A DNA stretch of 64,000 nt, from NCBI RefSeq assembly GCF_006345805.1, contig NC_043001.1, positions 11,780,001-11,844,000 of the forward strand. Direction: 5' to 3'. The DNA comes from Octopus sinensis. Lineage: Eukaryota. The translations under genes and the position numbers were made by a program. Positions 39,816 through 52,244 of the stretch are shown piece after piece. Positions within the stretch are counted from its first letter, which is position 1. The number at the start of each line of letters is the position of its first letter. The notes under the pieces were generated by a model. That model saw only the letters and a program-made list of their open reading frames with translations. It was not told where the DNA came from and ran no database searches.

Positions 39816-39915
39816 TCTTTTACTGATGAAGTGTGACCTATGGTAGACTAGCTTAATTTAATTTATTAAGCTGGTCTATCATTAAAGATACTGAAACGAT
39901 GCATCGTATAAAAGA
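39816..39915 (+). ncRNA. Type I hammerhead ribozyme with long stem II
   Basis: Stem I tctttta/taaaaga (7 bp), CTGATGA, stem II agtgt/gatact extended by a 17-bp hairpin, GAAA, stem III CGATGCATCG, site GTA at 39906-39908. Confidence 0.82.
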
Positions 39916-40093
39916 TGAATTAGGGTAAATGTTTTTAAATTTTCACCTTATTTCCGAATTACACTACTTAGCGGTTGGAGTTCTGGCTGCTCTTTCTGGT
40001 GGACGAATGGCCTGTTTAGGCCATTCCTAAATTGTTATATATATCTATATATATATAATATATATATTATATATATATATATATATATATTAT

Positions 40094-40137
<44 letters not shown>

Positions 40138-40199
40138 ATATATATATATATATATATATAACATATATATATTATATATAATATATATTATATATATAT

Positions 40200-40234
<35 letters not shown>

Positions 40235-40383
40235 GATATATATATATATATATATATATTGTATAGAGGGCATTATTACACATAAATGCCCCACACTAGG
40301 AGGGACAAAGTCATTACTACCAAAATTATACTAATCATACCCAAATGCAGTTTTTCAAAGCAAGACATTTAAAAAATGAATTT

Positions 40384-40441
40384 AGTTCTGTATCACCGTG
40401 ATTTCACATTCAACTTACGTCTAATGATCATCAGCAGAACT
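40384..40441 (-). ncRNA. Hammerhead ribozyme (mirror copy in F6)
   Basis: Reverse complement of 40553-40610. Confidence 0.7.
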
Positions 40442-40552
40442 GATTCTGAACACATCATAAATAAACTACCAACCTTACGTAGCGAAGACGAACAGACAAC
40501 TGCTCACTCCGCTACGTAAGGTTGGTAGTTTATTTATGATGTGTTCAGAATC

Positions 40553-40610
40553 AGTTCTGCTGATGATCATTAGACGTAAGTTGAATGTGAAATCACGGTG
40601 ATACAGAACT
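40553..40610 (+). ncRNA. Type I hammerhead ribozyme
   Basis: Stem I agttctg/cagaact (7 bp), CTGATGA, stem II closed by a GTAA loop (U-U at the first pair), GAAA-TCAC-G-GTGA-TA. Confidence 0.72.
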
Positions 40611-40867
40611 AAATTCATTTTTTAAATGTCTTGCTTTGAAAAACTGCATTTGGGTATGATTAGTATAATTTTGGTAGTAATGACTTTGTCCCTCCTAGTG
40701 TGAGGCATTTATGTGTAATAATGCCCTCTATACAATATAGATATAATTAATTTGTTCAAAAGAAAAAAATTATTTTCGAATTCTTTTCTTTTATGAGGTT
40801 TTCACGCTAGCTACCCGATAATTTCTTGTTAAGATCCCTTATTAAGAGATTATCCTTGATTGTTAAA

Positions 40868-40929
<62 letters not shown>

Positions 40930-41038
40930 TGAATATGTTACTTAAGCTATGGCACCGAAATTTAGTATGGTATTATCCATACAATTTCAAAATAAGATGA
41001 TTAAAATCTAAATAAGCAACAAGGATATTCATAGGTAA

Positions 41039-41125
41039 TGCAGTACGATCGTTTCATGCAACTCCATTTACCTGAAAAATGCAATCATTACATCAATTTA
41101 AAATGTAGTGCAATCTTCAGTTGCA
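41039..41125 (-). ncRNA. Hammerhead ribozyme, partly degenerate, in foldback F7 (41039-41290)
   Basis: tgcaa-CTGAAGA-ttgca...tgcat-GAAAC-GATC-GTA-ctgca; the opposite arm has tgcag before CTGAAGA, giving a 5-bp stem I. Confidence 0.62.
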
Positions 41126-41309
41126 CAAAAACATAGAATTTACTTTAATTTAATTATGACATAGAATTTAATTTGATTTAATTTAATTTAATTTAATTCC
41201 CTGTCTTTGTGCAGCTGAAGATTGCATCCATATTTAAATTGATGTAATGATTGCATTGTTAAATTAAATGTTGTCGCATTACCTCTGCATATGCTTGTTG
41301 CTTATTTAG

Positions 41310-41377
<68 letters not shown>

Positions 41378-41450
41378 CAGAATGGTATACACGCCTCTGA
41401 TGCTCGACAGTAAATCAAAGTTCCATAAATACTTAATATTCAATTTAGGT

Positions 41451-41633
41451 GGAGGAGTGACTGTGTGGTAAGTAGCTTGGTTACCAGCCACATGGATCCA
41501 TGTTCAGTCCCACTGCGTGGCAATTTGGGCAAATGTCTTCTGTTACAGCCTCGGGTCGACCAAAGCCTTGTGACTGGATTTGGTAGACGGAAACTGAAAG
41601 AAGCCCATCGTGTATATATATATACACATATAC

Positions 41634-41684
<51 letters not shown>

Positions 41685-41959
41685 AAGAGCAATAAAGATT
41701 CAAGTTAATTAAAAAAAATTTACTTGAATATGGTACCTAACTTAGATGCACCAAAAAAACTATACTGATTTAACAATACAGTAATGTGGGGTGATTATAA
41801 GCGAGAAAGAAGCAACAAGAATGGATAGGTTTTTAGTACGATCGTTTCGTACGGGACTCGTTTATATGCTGTAATCTTTGCAACTTTTAATAAAACCTGT
41901 CCTTGTATGAAACGATCGTACTAAAAACCTATCCATTCTTGTTGCTTCTTTCTCGTATA

Positions 41960-42023
<64 letters not shown>

Positions 42024-42240
42024 ATATGTTTGTGTGTTTGGGTTTTCCCTCCAACATCGCTTGACAACCGATAGTGGTGTTTACGTCCCCGTAACTTTGC
42101 GGTTCAGCAAAAAAAGACGGATAGAATAAGTACTAGGCTTGCAAAGAATAAGTTCTGGGGTCGATTTGGTCGACTAAAGGCGATACTCCAGCGTGGCTGC
42201 AGTCAAATGTCTGAAACATATAAAAGAATACATACATACA
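41451..42240 (+). mobile_element. SINE family B split by an insertion in its internal (TA)n
   Basis: 5' half 41451-41630, 3' half 42010-42240, foreign segment 41682-41956. Confidence 0.85.
41802..41956. repeat. Foldback F8 with two hammerhead 3' halves
   Basis: Arms 41802-41852 and 41905-41956 each carry GAAAC-GATC-GTA; no CTGANGA between them. Confidence 0.8.
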
Positions 42241-42810
42241 TACATACATACACATGCAAAAACACTGGTATATAAATACACACACACAAACAGATATATA
42301 CGTAGTATAAGTATATCTATGTTTTATGAAACGACAAGTGCACCAAAATGTTCTTCAAATAATTCTTGCAGTCATAGACACTGCAGTATGTAGATACGCT
42401 GTTTCGAAAGCGGAAGAAATGCGTGGCGTTGTCATAGATCTCTCCCATCAAAACAGACCAGGAAGCAACAGATTCGAATGCTACTATTATACATATATAA
42501 TTATTTACACAAAATCAATGAAGTGTAATCGCACGTAATCACGCAGATTCTCACACACTTACTTCTGTATAACATAATGATCAAACTATTTTCTTTTGAT
42601 ACTGGAACAACAATTTAATAGCCCTGGGTCCGCAACAATTTTTTTACTTAATCTGACTTCCCGTTTCTAGTAAACGCTGCATAGATTACCGACGTTGTTG
42701 ACAACGAAGTCTACAGTAGACGGACCTTTCTATGGCGACGCGAAAAAATTGCTTTCGATGATTAGAATCTTCGCGTAAATATATACAATTTTACTGCTTG
42801 GAATGTTCAA

Positions 42811-43220
42811 TACTCTTTACTCTTTTACTCTTTTACTTGTTTCAGTCATTTTGACTGCGGCCATGCTGGAGCACCGCCTTTAGTCGAGCAAATCGACCCC
42901 GAGACTTATTATTTGTAAGCCCAGTACTTATTCTATCGGTCTCTTTTGCCGAACTGCTAAGTGACGGGGACGTAAACACACCAGCATCGGTTGTCAATCA
43001 ATGCTAGGGGGACAAACACAGACACACAAACACACACACATACATATATATACATATATACGACAGGCTTCTTTCAATTTCCGTCTACCAAATCCACTCA
43101 CAAGGCATCGGTCGGCCCGGGGCTATAGCAGAAGACACTTGCCCAAGATGCCACGCAGTGGGACTGAACCTGGAACCATGTTGGTTAGCAAGCTACTTAC
43201 CACACAGCCACTCCTGCGCC
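42811..43220 (-). mobile_element. SINE family B
   Basis: Full-length match. Confidence 0.9.
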
Positions 43221-43539
43221 TAGATATGAATATATATGTATGAGCATGCAGTTACCTAGAAGTATATTTTATGTATGTTATATAGGTGTGAGTGTACGCG
43301 TGTGAGTGCGTGTATAAGCATGGCCGCAGTATCTCCATCTCCATTATATAATTATGTAGATATGTGCGTATATTAGTTCTGAGTGTTTGTGAATACAATT
43401 ATACGCGTATATATGCCATTACATGTATTTATTTTGTTTCTTTATGTGTACGCATGTAATATATACTACATACATAGATACATGCACGTGTGCAAATAAT
43501 TTGTGCATTCAACTGTTACCAGTCGAAAGTTCTGTATAC

Positions 43540-44180
43540 CTGAAGCCAGCAAGTTTATGGGGTCATCAATTGACAATACGCGCCGTTTGGGTGCCTATCT
43601 CTTGACGGCATCCTTGAGCACTAAACCAGCCGCTGATATGTGGCCCCGCTTGCTAGATCAATTGGTTATAAAATAAAGCTCGGTATTTTTCTTGTCATCG
43701 CCTATGGTTACCTTTTAACCAAATCGAATTGCTAGCCTTTTCCACTGCAGTATGGCTACTGTTCATGTTGGCATTTGGTTTACGATGATTTAGGCTTTAC
43801 GATAGCAACAGTCACCTCACACTTGAGTCCTGTGAATCCTCTACATCCGACATCGGGGGGAAAATGCTTCACTTTCCGCGTCTTCAAATTCGTCGAGGAG
43901 GTTTACATAACTGTCAATCTTTCGAGTCCGAGTGGCGTTCATGTTATCTTCATGAGGAAGCGTTACCTCGACAAGATTGACCACTTTCTTTCACACCAGA
44001 TTATAATATCCGATTTTTTTTTTATCATAACTGGGATCGGAAAGAATCCTTGGCACCGTGGTAAATCAGCTGCTCCTTCCCTATAGTGGTTTCAATTTTT
44101 ATCTCTCACAGTAAGTTTCAAATTCTTCTTGAAACGGATTTGCTGTCCTGAGCGCACGAAGGTAATGCAAATCCCTGATT
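43540..44180 (-). mobile_element. Degenerate HERO-like RLE LINE 3' end
   Basis: With frameshifts: ITFVRSGQ...KSDIIIWCERK/VVNLVEVTLPHEDNM...RKIDSYVNL.../DVGCRGFTG...AVEKASNSIWLKR* (stop 43708-43710), resembling the HERO-clade C-terminus. Confidence 0.65.
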
Positions 44181-44431
44181 GCTTCTTGTATGTTGTGTTA
44201 CGGCTATATTTTCTATTAAGATATTTATGAACAAATACAGAAGCACACATATATCTTTACGTATTTATGCATAATTAGATCCCATTCAATATATATGTAT
44301 ATATAAACGTATGTATATATATATACACATATATATATATAGAGAGAGATATATATATATATATATATACATATATACTTTTGTCTTTTTATGTAAGTAT
44401 ATACATACACACACACAACCATATAATATAT

Positions 44432-44543
44432 ATTAAGTGCATATTATATCAATTTGGCTTCACGAACAGATACGATTTGACTTGAATTCATAAATAATTA
44501 TATGTACACATATACATACATCTAAATATGTATATGTATATAC

Positions 44544-44607
<64 letters not shown>

Positions 44608-44712
44608 GACATATTTAGATATATATATATATGTGTGTACATATAATTATTTATGAATTCAAGTCAATTCGTATCTGTTCGTGAAGCCAAATTGATATAA
44701 TATGCACTTAAT
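44432..44712. repeat. Inverted duplication F9 centred on (TA)n
   Basis: 44432-44515 is the reverse complement of 44631-44712. Confidence 0.9.
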
Positions 44713-45773
44713 TACACGTTCGTGATGAGAAATATCTAAGCGCAGCTTTTTACGTAATTCATCGATTGATTAATTTATTCTCTCCTCAGTTCCTTTATCC
44801 ATTCCTTCATTCCATTATTTATCCATTTACCGTACTTGTGTTCTTCTCCCGTTCCTCATTACCGCACTAAAGCTTTTAGGGAAATAAAGGAGAGAAAAAT
44901 ACTTCATATGAAGGAATCAATTTTCCTTCAAATAAATTTGAAACACTGACCTGCTATTCGTGTTGCTTCTGTTATAATGTCGGAGGCCCTTTTAAATAAA
45001 TAGCTTTAAATTGCTATCTCGAAATCTCCTTTATTTCTGGGAGCTGTTTTATTGCTTCTGTCGTTATTGTCGTTATGCAGTCCCAGGTTATCTTTCGTTT
45101 GAGAAGACCCATGGCTATGCTGTCTATTTCTTCCGAAGCATAGTATATTCTCGCTTATATTATCCAAACTGTTCTCTATATTCTTAACCCCTTTTTTCTG
45201 TCAAAATAATTTTCATGGGTTTGACCTACACGTTAATGCTTGTTTCGAGTCTTAAGCTTCACACGTTCTCAGCAATGCAACGCTTTTCTTTCATAATTCC
45301 CGAATTACTCTGGTGGGTGAAAAAAAAGTGCTAATGGGTATCACAGTATACGATGCATAGACGTGATACACACGACAGGCAAGGGATCGCTATGATGCTA
45401 TTTAAGGTATATTTTGCTACGAATTCTAAAAGGTAGAATGAACACCTAGAATCTCCTTTATTTCATTCGGAAATGTGAAGTGATATTTTCTTAACTATGT
45501 AAAACTGGTTTCACAATTAATTTCATACAGGTTTTTACCATCAACGATAGTTACATCAGGGCACAAAATATTCTACGAGATATGCTGTAGAACCCGTTGA
45601 TTTCTGATCATGTAATCGTAGAAGCATCATCTTTGCGCAAATTTGCTTTACTTATCTTTGTAAGCCTAGTACTCATTCTATCCGCCCCTTTTGCCGAGCC
45701 CCTAAAGTACGAGGACGTAAACACAACAACATCGGTTGTCAAGCAATGGCGATAGTATATATGTATATATATG

Positions 45774-45858
<85 letters not shown>

Positions 45859-45923
45859 CTGCGTGAGTACCGTTGGCGATTTTTTTCCCTACGTTTTCCC
45901 TTCTTTGGATTTTCCTTTTCCTA

Positions 45924-45960
45924 GGTTTCTGACGAAGAGCTCCACTCGAAACGTTAAACT
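45924..45960 (+). ncRNA. Minimal type I hammerhead ribozyme
   Basis: ggttt-CTGACGA-A-gag-ctcca-ctc-GAAA-C-GTT-aaact; stem I 5 bp, palindromic AACGTT. Confidence 0.72.
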
Positions 45961-46057
45961 CACCTATTTTCTTTCTTTCCTGAGCGTCCAATAACACTAT
46001 ACCTGTCCCACGTTCTCGCGTTGTTGTGTTTTCATGTTTGGATTAACTTTATATATA

Positions 46058-46362
46058 GTGGTTAGGGCAGTGGACTCGCGGTCGTAGGATCGCGGTTTCG
46101 ATTCCTAGATCGGGCGTTGTGAGTGTTTATTGAGCGAAAACACCTAAAGAGCTCCACGAAGCTCCGGCAGGAGGTGGTGATCCCTGCTGTACTCTTTCAC
46201 CACACTTTCTCTCACTCTTTCTTCTGTTGGCCTGCTCGCTTAGCCAGCAGGGTGACGTCATTCGAAGGCAAAAACAATGCGAACGCATTGTGACCAGCGA
46301 TGTGTAACAACATCTGATGGTCTGGTCGGTCACGTGATCACGTGATCACGTGATCACGTGAT
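46058..46362 (+). mobile_element. SINE family C with tail T1 ending (cacgtgat)4
   Basis: Family C head and body, T1 tail with a tandem octamer end. Confidence 0.88.
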
Positions 46363-47219
46363 ATAAGCACCATACAAGGAGACTGTACCTTCAGTACTGC
46401 CAATCATCAGTCCAGGACGTATGTATATTTTCTCAATTATCTAAACATGTAAAATGAAATCTCTTGACAGAGACTTGAACTGAGACCAGGAAAGATACTC
46501 CAATAAACATAACGGACCATCATGTAATATGGTGTTCTGCCTACCATGCCATTCACTACTTTTACAAATAGTTTAATTGTAACTAGCAGGAAAATATTTA
46601 TATATTTGTATCTAATATTTAGCGTTGTTTTCATGTCAAAGCAGACATTTAACCCTTGTACTATTCAGTCATCGAACCTCAACCAAATTGTCGCACCACA
46701 CTGGAGTGCCTAGTCTAACCGTTTGACTCCATTAGTTATAATTTAAAGTCCGGTATTTATCAGGTTGTTCGGTTATGTCGAAGAAGAACGTAAACAAACC
46801 ATGTCATGCCGCTGCTGCAACAAACACAAATGTATATATATATATATATTTATATGGCGGCTGCCCCCTCGTTATCGAGTATGGCCATTGCACGAAGTTT
46901 AATCAATGTTGTTATTGTGCAATGCCTGTGCAAGAAGATTTTTTTTAAAGTGAGGAAAGGCTGTGCACTGAGTCAATCCCACTCACTCAGCAACAACAAC
47001 CATAATCCGAAAAGAAGAACAAGTCAACATCATCGGTAACCACTGAGCCGCAGCTTCTTTTGTCGGAGTTATCCCAGTTACCTGAGTTACCTTCTCCTAG
47101 AAGAACGCCCTAACAAAGGCTAGGAGTCCTTCACTCCCAATGGTTTAACCGCGCGATCGGGTATTCAGTCCGATTATTTCTATGTCCCGCGCATACATAC
47201 ATACATATATATATATATA

Positions 47220-47400
47220 TAGGCGGAGAATTCACGAAAAAAAAAAAACAAAAGACGAAGACAGGTGGTGTAGAAAACAAACAGATGTATTAGTATAGTA
47301 TAACGCTCAGGAATTGAAAAAGTCTTTTACGTTTCGAGCCTACGTTCTTCCACAAAAAGGATCACAAAAAGAAACAAGGAGAGAAACAAAATGTGTGTAG
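47220..47400 (-). mobile_element. Short element with degenerate hammerhead (47324-47359) ending in (TA)n
   Basis: cttt-ttgtgga-A-gaac-gtag-gctc-GAAAC-GTA-aaag; shares ttcctgagcgt with the 45924 element. Confidence 0.55.
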
Positions 47401-48356
47401 TGGTTACCGATGGAGGGGATCTCTACAGTTTTCGTGTACCAAATTTGCTCAAAAAGATAGTTCAGCCGGGGGCTACAGTAGAAGAAACGCAGGAAATTGA
47501 AACCGAGTGGTTACAGATCATGCTTCTTTTCCACATCGCCATATGTTGTCGCCAGAAACATTTGGGTAGCGAACAAACTACTTCATTATATTAAGCTTGA
47601 TTCCTTTGATCAATTGAAATTTTTTTGTAGTCGTAGAATAATTGGGTGGGTAGTGGGGAGATTTTACATTTTAATTTATTTTCAAAATATGCAATGATGA
47701 AGTGAGGGACTTTGAAATGCACCGATTAAATGTGTATACAATCTATTCAAATTTATACTTTGTATAAACTGCAATCACTCCTTATAAATTGACGTAACTT
47801 CTCTACGGGCACACAGGCCTACGTTTAATAAACATAATTAAAGTCTCTTTATTAAATCAAATTGATATTTTATGTTTCAATATCAAAACCAAATTTGAAA
47901 TTAATATGCGTGAATTATTTGACTCATTTTTCGTTAATAAAATGTCTTGGCATTGCAAATATGCTAATTCAAGATATGTTAAATGCTCGGTGGTGCCTGG
48001 TGAACACAAAATGTCCGTACCACTCTATCATAACGTTTTCTTCAAAGATTAATCGGCGACATCGGCTGGAAATAATTAATTCCTTTTCGGTCAACAACCG
48101 TAAGAGAAACTGAATTAAGCATAACAAATCGATAAACAACATACCCTTTGATCAGTGACGTCTGTATCATCATTACCATTGAGCTCCTATCTAATTATAT
48201 TAGGTTACATTATGTTGTCTATTTAAATTAGGATGCCGGGGGACATGTTACCTGTACGTGGATGTAACGCATTATTTATAAGAAACAAAAAGTTATACGT
48301 TGGTGAAATCTCAGAACACTTCTTCTCGTTACATGCTACTATATCTAAATTGTTAA

Positions 48357-48726
48357 AGGCGGCGAGCTGGCAGAAACGTTAGCACGCCAGGCTAACGTCA
48401 GGCCGAGGTCGACTTTGCCTTTCATCCGTTCATCCTAAATTAAGTACCAGTTACGCATTGGAGTCGAGATAATCGACTTAATCCGTTTGTTTGCCCTTGT
48501 TTGTCCTCTCTGTCTTTAGACCCTTGTGGGTAATAAAGAAATAGGTATTTCGTCTGCCGCTACGTTCTGAGTTCAAATTCCGCCGAGGTTGATTTTGCCT
48601 TTCATCCTTTCGGGGTCGATTAAATAAGTGCCAGTTTCGCACTGAGGTCGATATAATCGACTTAATCCGTTTGTCTGTCCTTGTTTGTTTCCGCTGTGTT
48701 TAGCCCCTTGGGGGTAGTAAAGAAAT
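48357..48726 (+). mobile_element. SINE family A dimer
   Basis: Junction aaagaaatag|gtatttcgtctgcc at 48544; TSD-like tatatctaa on both sides. Confidence 0.85.
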
Positions 48727-49442
48727 ATATATCTAATTCTTTATCTAATTCTAGCCATTTGTTTTCACACCATAACTGATTCGAACACATTACTCACACA
48801 TTGTCTCTCAGTATAATCGTTTCAACTTTGAGTACGAGATTGTAAGAAATTTTTGTGAGATTATTTCAAATATTAAACGATTGAAGATAAACAGGTGACA
48901 CATAATGTCTATGATAATGGTTTATTATTAAAGTGTAGTATAAGTGCTATTTAACAATCGTGTTCTAATTGCTTTTTATTCATATTATCTTTGTTCAGTA
49001 AAGTTTCAACTGCACAGTTGTTGAAATTAACAATAAATTAACAATGAATTAATAACAACAAAACCTGATTAAAAAAAATTAAAATTCTTGTTTATCAACT
49101 CGAATGGAAATTAATTTAAGAATTCTAATTGAGTGAGTTTATGCGAAGCACATTTAAAATACATTAAGTTTGGATTAGAAATGCATTTCTTATCCCACGT
49201 ACTCAGCATTGTGTTTTAACTTTAAATAAGGGCGTATGCAGTGAATACGGCAGTTGTGGTTCAAATGATCTTATGCTACATCTACATCCGCCACTCCCTT
49301 TCATACAAAGGATTCATCTAGTTGCTTATCATACAATGAACTCCCTTTTGCACATATCGATGTGTCGGGTCGCGTCGAACCACAAGGAGACCAAGGACAC
49401 CGAACCACCGTGACACCGTGACATTGATGGTATGTCCAAACA

Positions 49443-49679
49443 AGGCGGCGAGCTGGCAGAAACGTTAGCACGCCGGGCGAAATGCGTAGCCGTATTTCGT
49501 CTGCCGTTCTGCTCTGAGTTCAAATTCCACCGAGGTCGACTTTGCCTTTCATCATTTCGGGGTCGATAAATTAAGTACCAGTTTCGCACTGGGGTCGATA
49601 TAATCGACTAATCCGTCTGTCTGTCTGTCCTTGTTTGTCCCCTCTGTGTTTAGCCCCTTGTGGGTAGTAAAGAAATACG
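49443..49679 (+). mobile_element. SINE family A
   Basis: Full-length match. Confidence 0.9.
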
Positions 49680-49714
49680 TATGTCCAAATATTGCCTCAG
49701 ATATTTTATATTGA

Positions 49715-49930
49715 GTGAAGGGGTGGGTGTCTAACAGCTTAGGGTATTCGACTGACGGCCGTGAGTTCGTGTACTGGCTACACCTTGTATTCTTGAGCAA
49801 GAGACTTTATCTCACGTTTTCTAGTCCATTTGGCTAGAATAAGTTGTACTTGTAATTCAAACGACCGGCACTGTCATACGCAACGTGATGCTAACTCACC
49901 GTGAGAACTACGTTAAAGATAAGCGTGTCT
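49715..49930 (+). mobile_element. Old degenerate family D/T2 SINE
   Basis: tgtattcttgagcaagagacttt...gttgtacttgtaattcaaa...gagaactacgttaaag. Confidence 0.6.
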
Positions 49931-51970
49931 GGTGTTTTCAGCTAGTTGCGCGTTAATTTCACTACCATGTTATTCCTTGATCGAATCAGCACGAATTCTG
50001 TCAAAACTGACGGAATGCCAGTTTTGTGCTTCAGTATCTCCTGCTATTCAAACTATTCCATGGGATTATATTCTTGTATGCACCTAAAATATGCTGGCAG
50101 GTACTTCGACCTTGCTTCATGTGGTCTAAAACCGTGCGTAAAAATTGTTATTAATATCCATTGATCCTTCAATAAGCATTTTGACGTAGGATATGATTCT
50201 AATAAAATTATGTAACCGGCAGCTCTTTTAAGAATAATTTTTCTGCCTTTTTATGTACTTACTCTCTCTCTTTTACTTGTTTCAGTCATTTGACTGCGGC
50301 CATGCTGGTCGTACATGTCTATTTCTTTATTACCCACTAAGGGCGACACTGAACGTACAGAACAAGACATTGGGGGACATAGAACATTACAGTTAAAAGT
50401 ATGGAGGATGAATTTTTTAGAATGATAATGATAATATGAAAGTGATGCTGACGGCCCCATCCGCCAGCACCACTTACCTGTCCTTCATAACCCATCCTCA
50501 TTTATCGTCTCCCATCAAAAGTCCATATTTCATTATCATTTTCTCAGTCTTCCTTTCATACTCTTTTATCCTCTCATCCGAAAATTCCACCTTAATCACT
50601 TTTACACCCTCTCTTACACACAACGCCATAATTGTATCCATTAGTTCTCCTGACACAACCGTATAACTCCCATCTTCTCTCTCATACCATGAAAAAGTAT
50701 TTAAGATTCTTTTCGAGTCCTCATGTTTACGAATTGACAACCACGTGATATGTATATATGAAGGGATGCATGCATGTATGATACGCATTCGTATTTTTAT
50801 TTCTATTGAATGAATAAAGAATATTGAATTTAATCACAGCTAACAAAGTACCATTTAACTTGCTTTCCTTTGTTGATGCTCCCATTTCCCACCGCAGAAA
50901 TCATCAGGTGGGAATCCCTATAAGTTGTCATACATCTCGTTTTTTAACCATCTTTGAGGATTTTTTCGTTATATATTCCCACTGCATTGACATGGTGTTC
51001 CTGTGTAAAATTGATAATAATCACATTTGCGGCATCTTCAAATTTTCTGCCTTCTGTTGGTTGCTTTTATGGTTTTGCTTTTGTGTTAGGCTAATTGGAA
51101 TGATAGTGACGCTTATCTTTATTCAACTAGAATAAAAAATATATTTATCTTTTCTTAGAGTAATAAAACTTTCAGAAAAAATCCATTTCAAGCATTGAAT
51201 AAAAAATACGCCATCACTACTCTCACCACCATTTCAAGTAAAACCGCTCTCAGCAATATTCTTAACAGCTCTACAAACGTTTAGAGGTCCCCCTTTACAC
51301 ATCATCATCAAGGCTATCAGCAATACTCTTTAACAATCGTCAAACAGTATCATCACCACCATCCATCCTACTGCTATTTGAAATCTTTATGCATTTGCTC
51401 AGCCAGCAAGAAATAATAGCTACCTCCAGCTGAAATGAAATCCCTGTTATCCCTGAAACAAGCAAAGAAATATGCGATGTTGTCATAAAAGACGGCACGG
51501 TCACGGTTTTACAGTTGAAACACGTTTTATCATAGACAGCTGCGTGCGTGCGCACATACACACAAGTACTGTCCAAATTTCCGACCAATCACATATAGTT
51601 AGCTGGCATTCAATTGGCGTATCAAGTTTCGGGCATTTTGATTGGGTTTCGGATAGAAAATTCACAAAAAATTCACTTCTATTGATTTTTAATCGCTTGG
51701 CGCGCTGACTGGGGAAATGTAAAGATGTGCACGACCACCCTTGGACGGTTTTGAATAACCATAGAAAGTGCGAGCCCTCTAACTGAAAAATTGTGGTTTT
51801 ATATAAAGGATACGCACACACTCACACACACACATATATACACACGCACACACACACACAAACACACACAGAGAAAGACATTTTGCCGTTTATATATATA
51901 GAGATCTTGATCTGGGCAATATATGGGGTTTAAATAACAAAGACTATATCGAAAAATACAGCTGCTGCAG

Positions 51971-52019
<49 letters not shown>

Positions 52020-52020
52020 A

Positions 52021-52244
52021 CGAAGGAGAGGAGCTTTCTCCGTCCGGGTTGGGGATCCGTGGAACAAGCTGCCAGACGAGATGGTGAAGATGCCGACGAC
52101 CGCTTTGTTCAAAGTCTCCCTTGACCTCAAGTGGCCTGAACTCTTTACATGAACACCACTCTGTACTTAACTCCATGTCCCCCTACATGGCCTTGCTTTT
52201 TGCTTTTGAGTCCAAAAATTAACTAACTAACTAACTAACTAACT
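52021..52244 (+). mobile_element. CR1-type LINE 3' fragment inserted in (TAC)n
   Basis: RRRGAFSVRVGDPWNKLPDEMVKMPTTALFKVSLD...*, (AACT)n tail, flanked by tac repeats. Confidence 0.8.

Larger units (their letters stand above)
40256..40739. repeat. Foldback F6 (about 230-bp near-perfect arms, 25-nt spacer)
   Basis: 40256-40484 is the reverse complement of 40510-40739; termini TTGTATA / TATACAA as in F4. Confidence 0.92.

Noticed and set aside
43565-43605. Type II hammerhead-like order in the HERO 3' UTR
   Set aside because: GAAA is incomplete, stem I loop is impossible and stem II does not pair.
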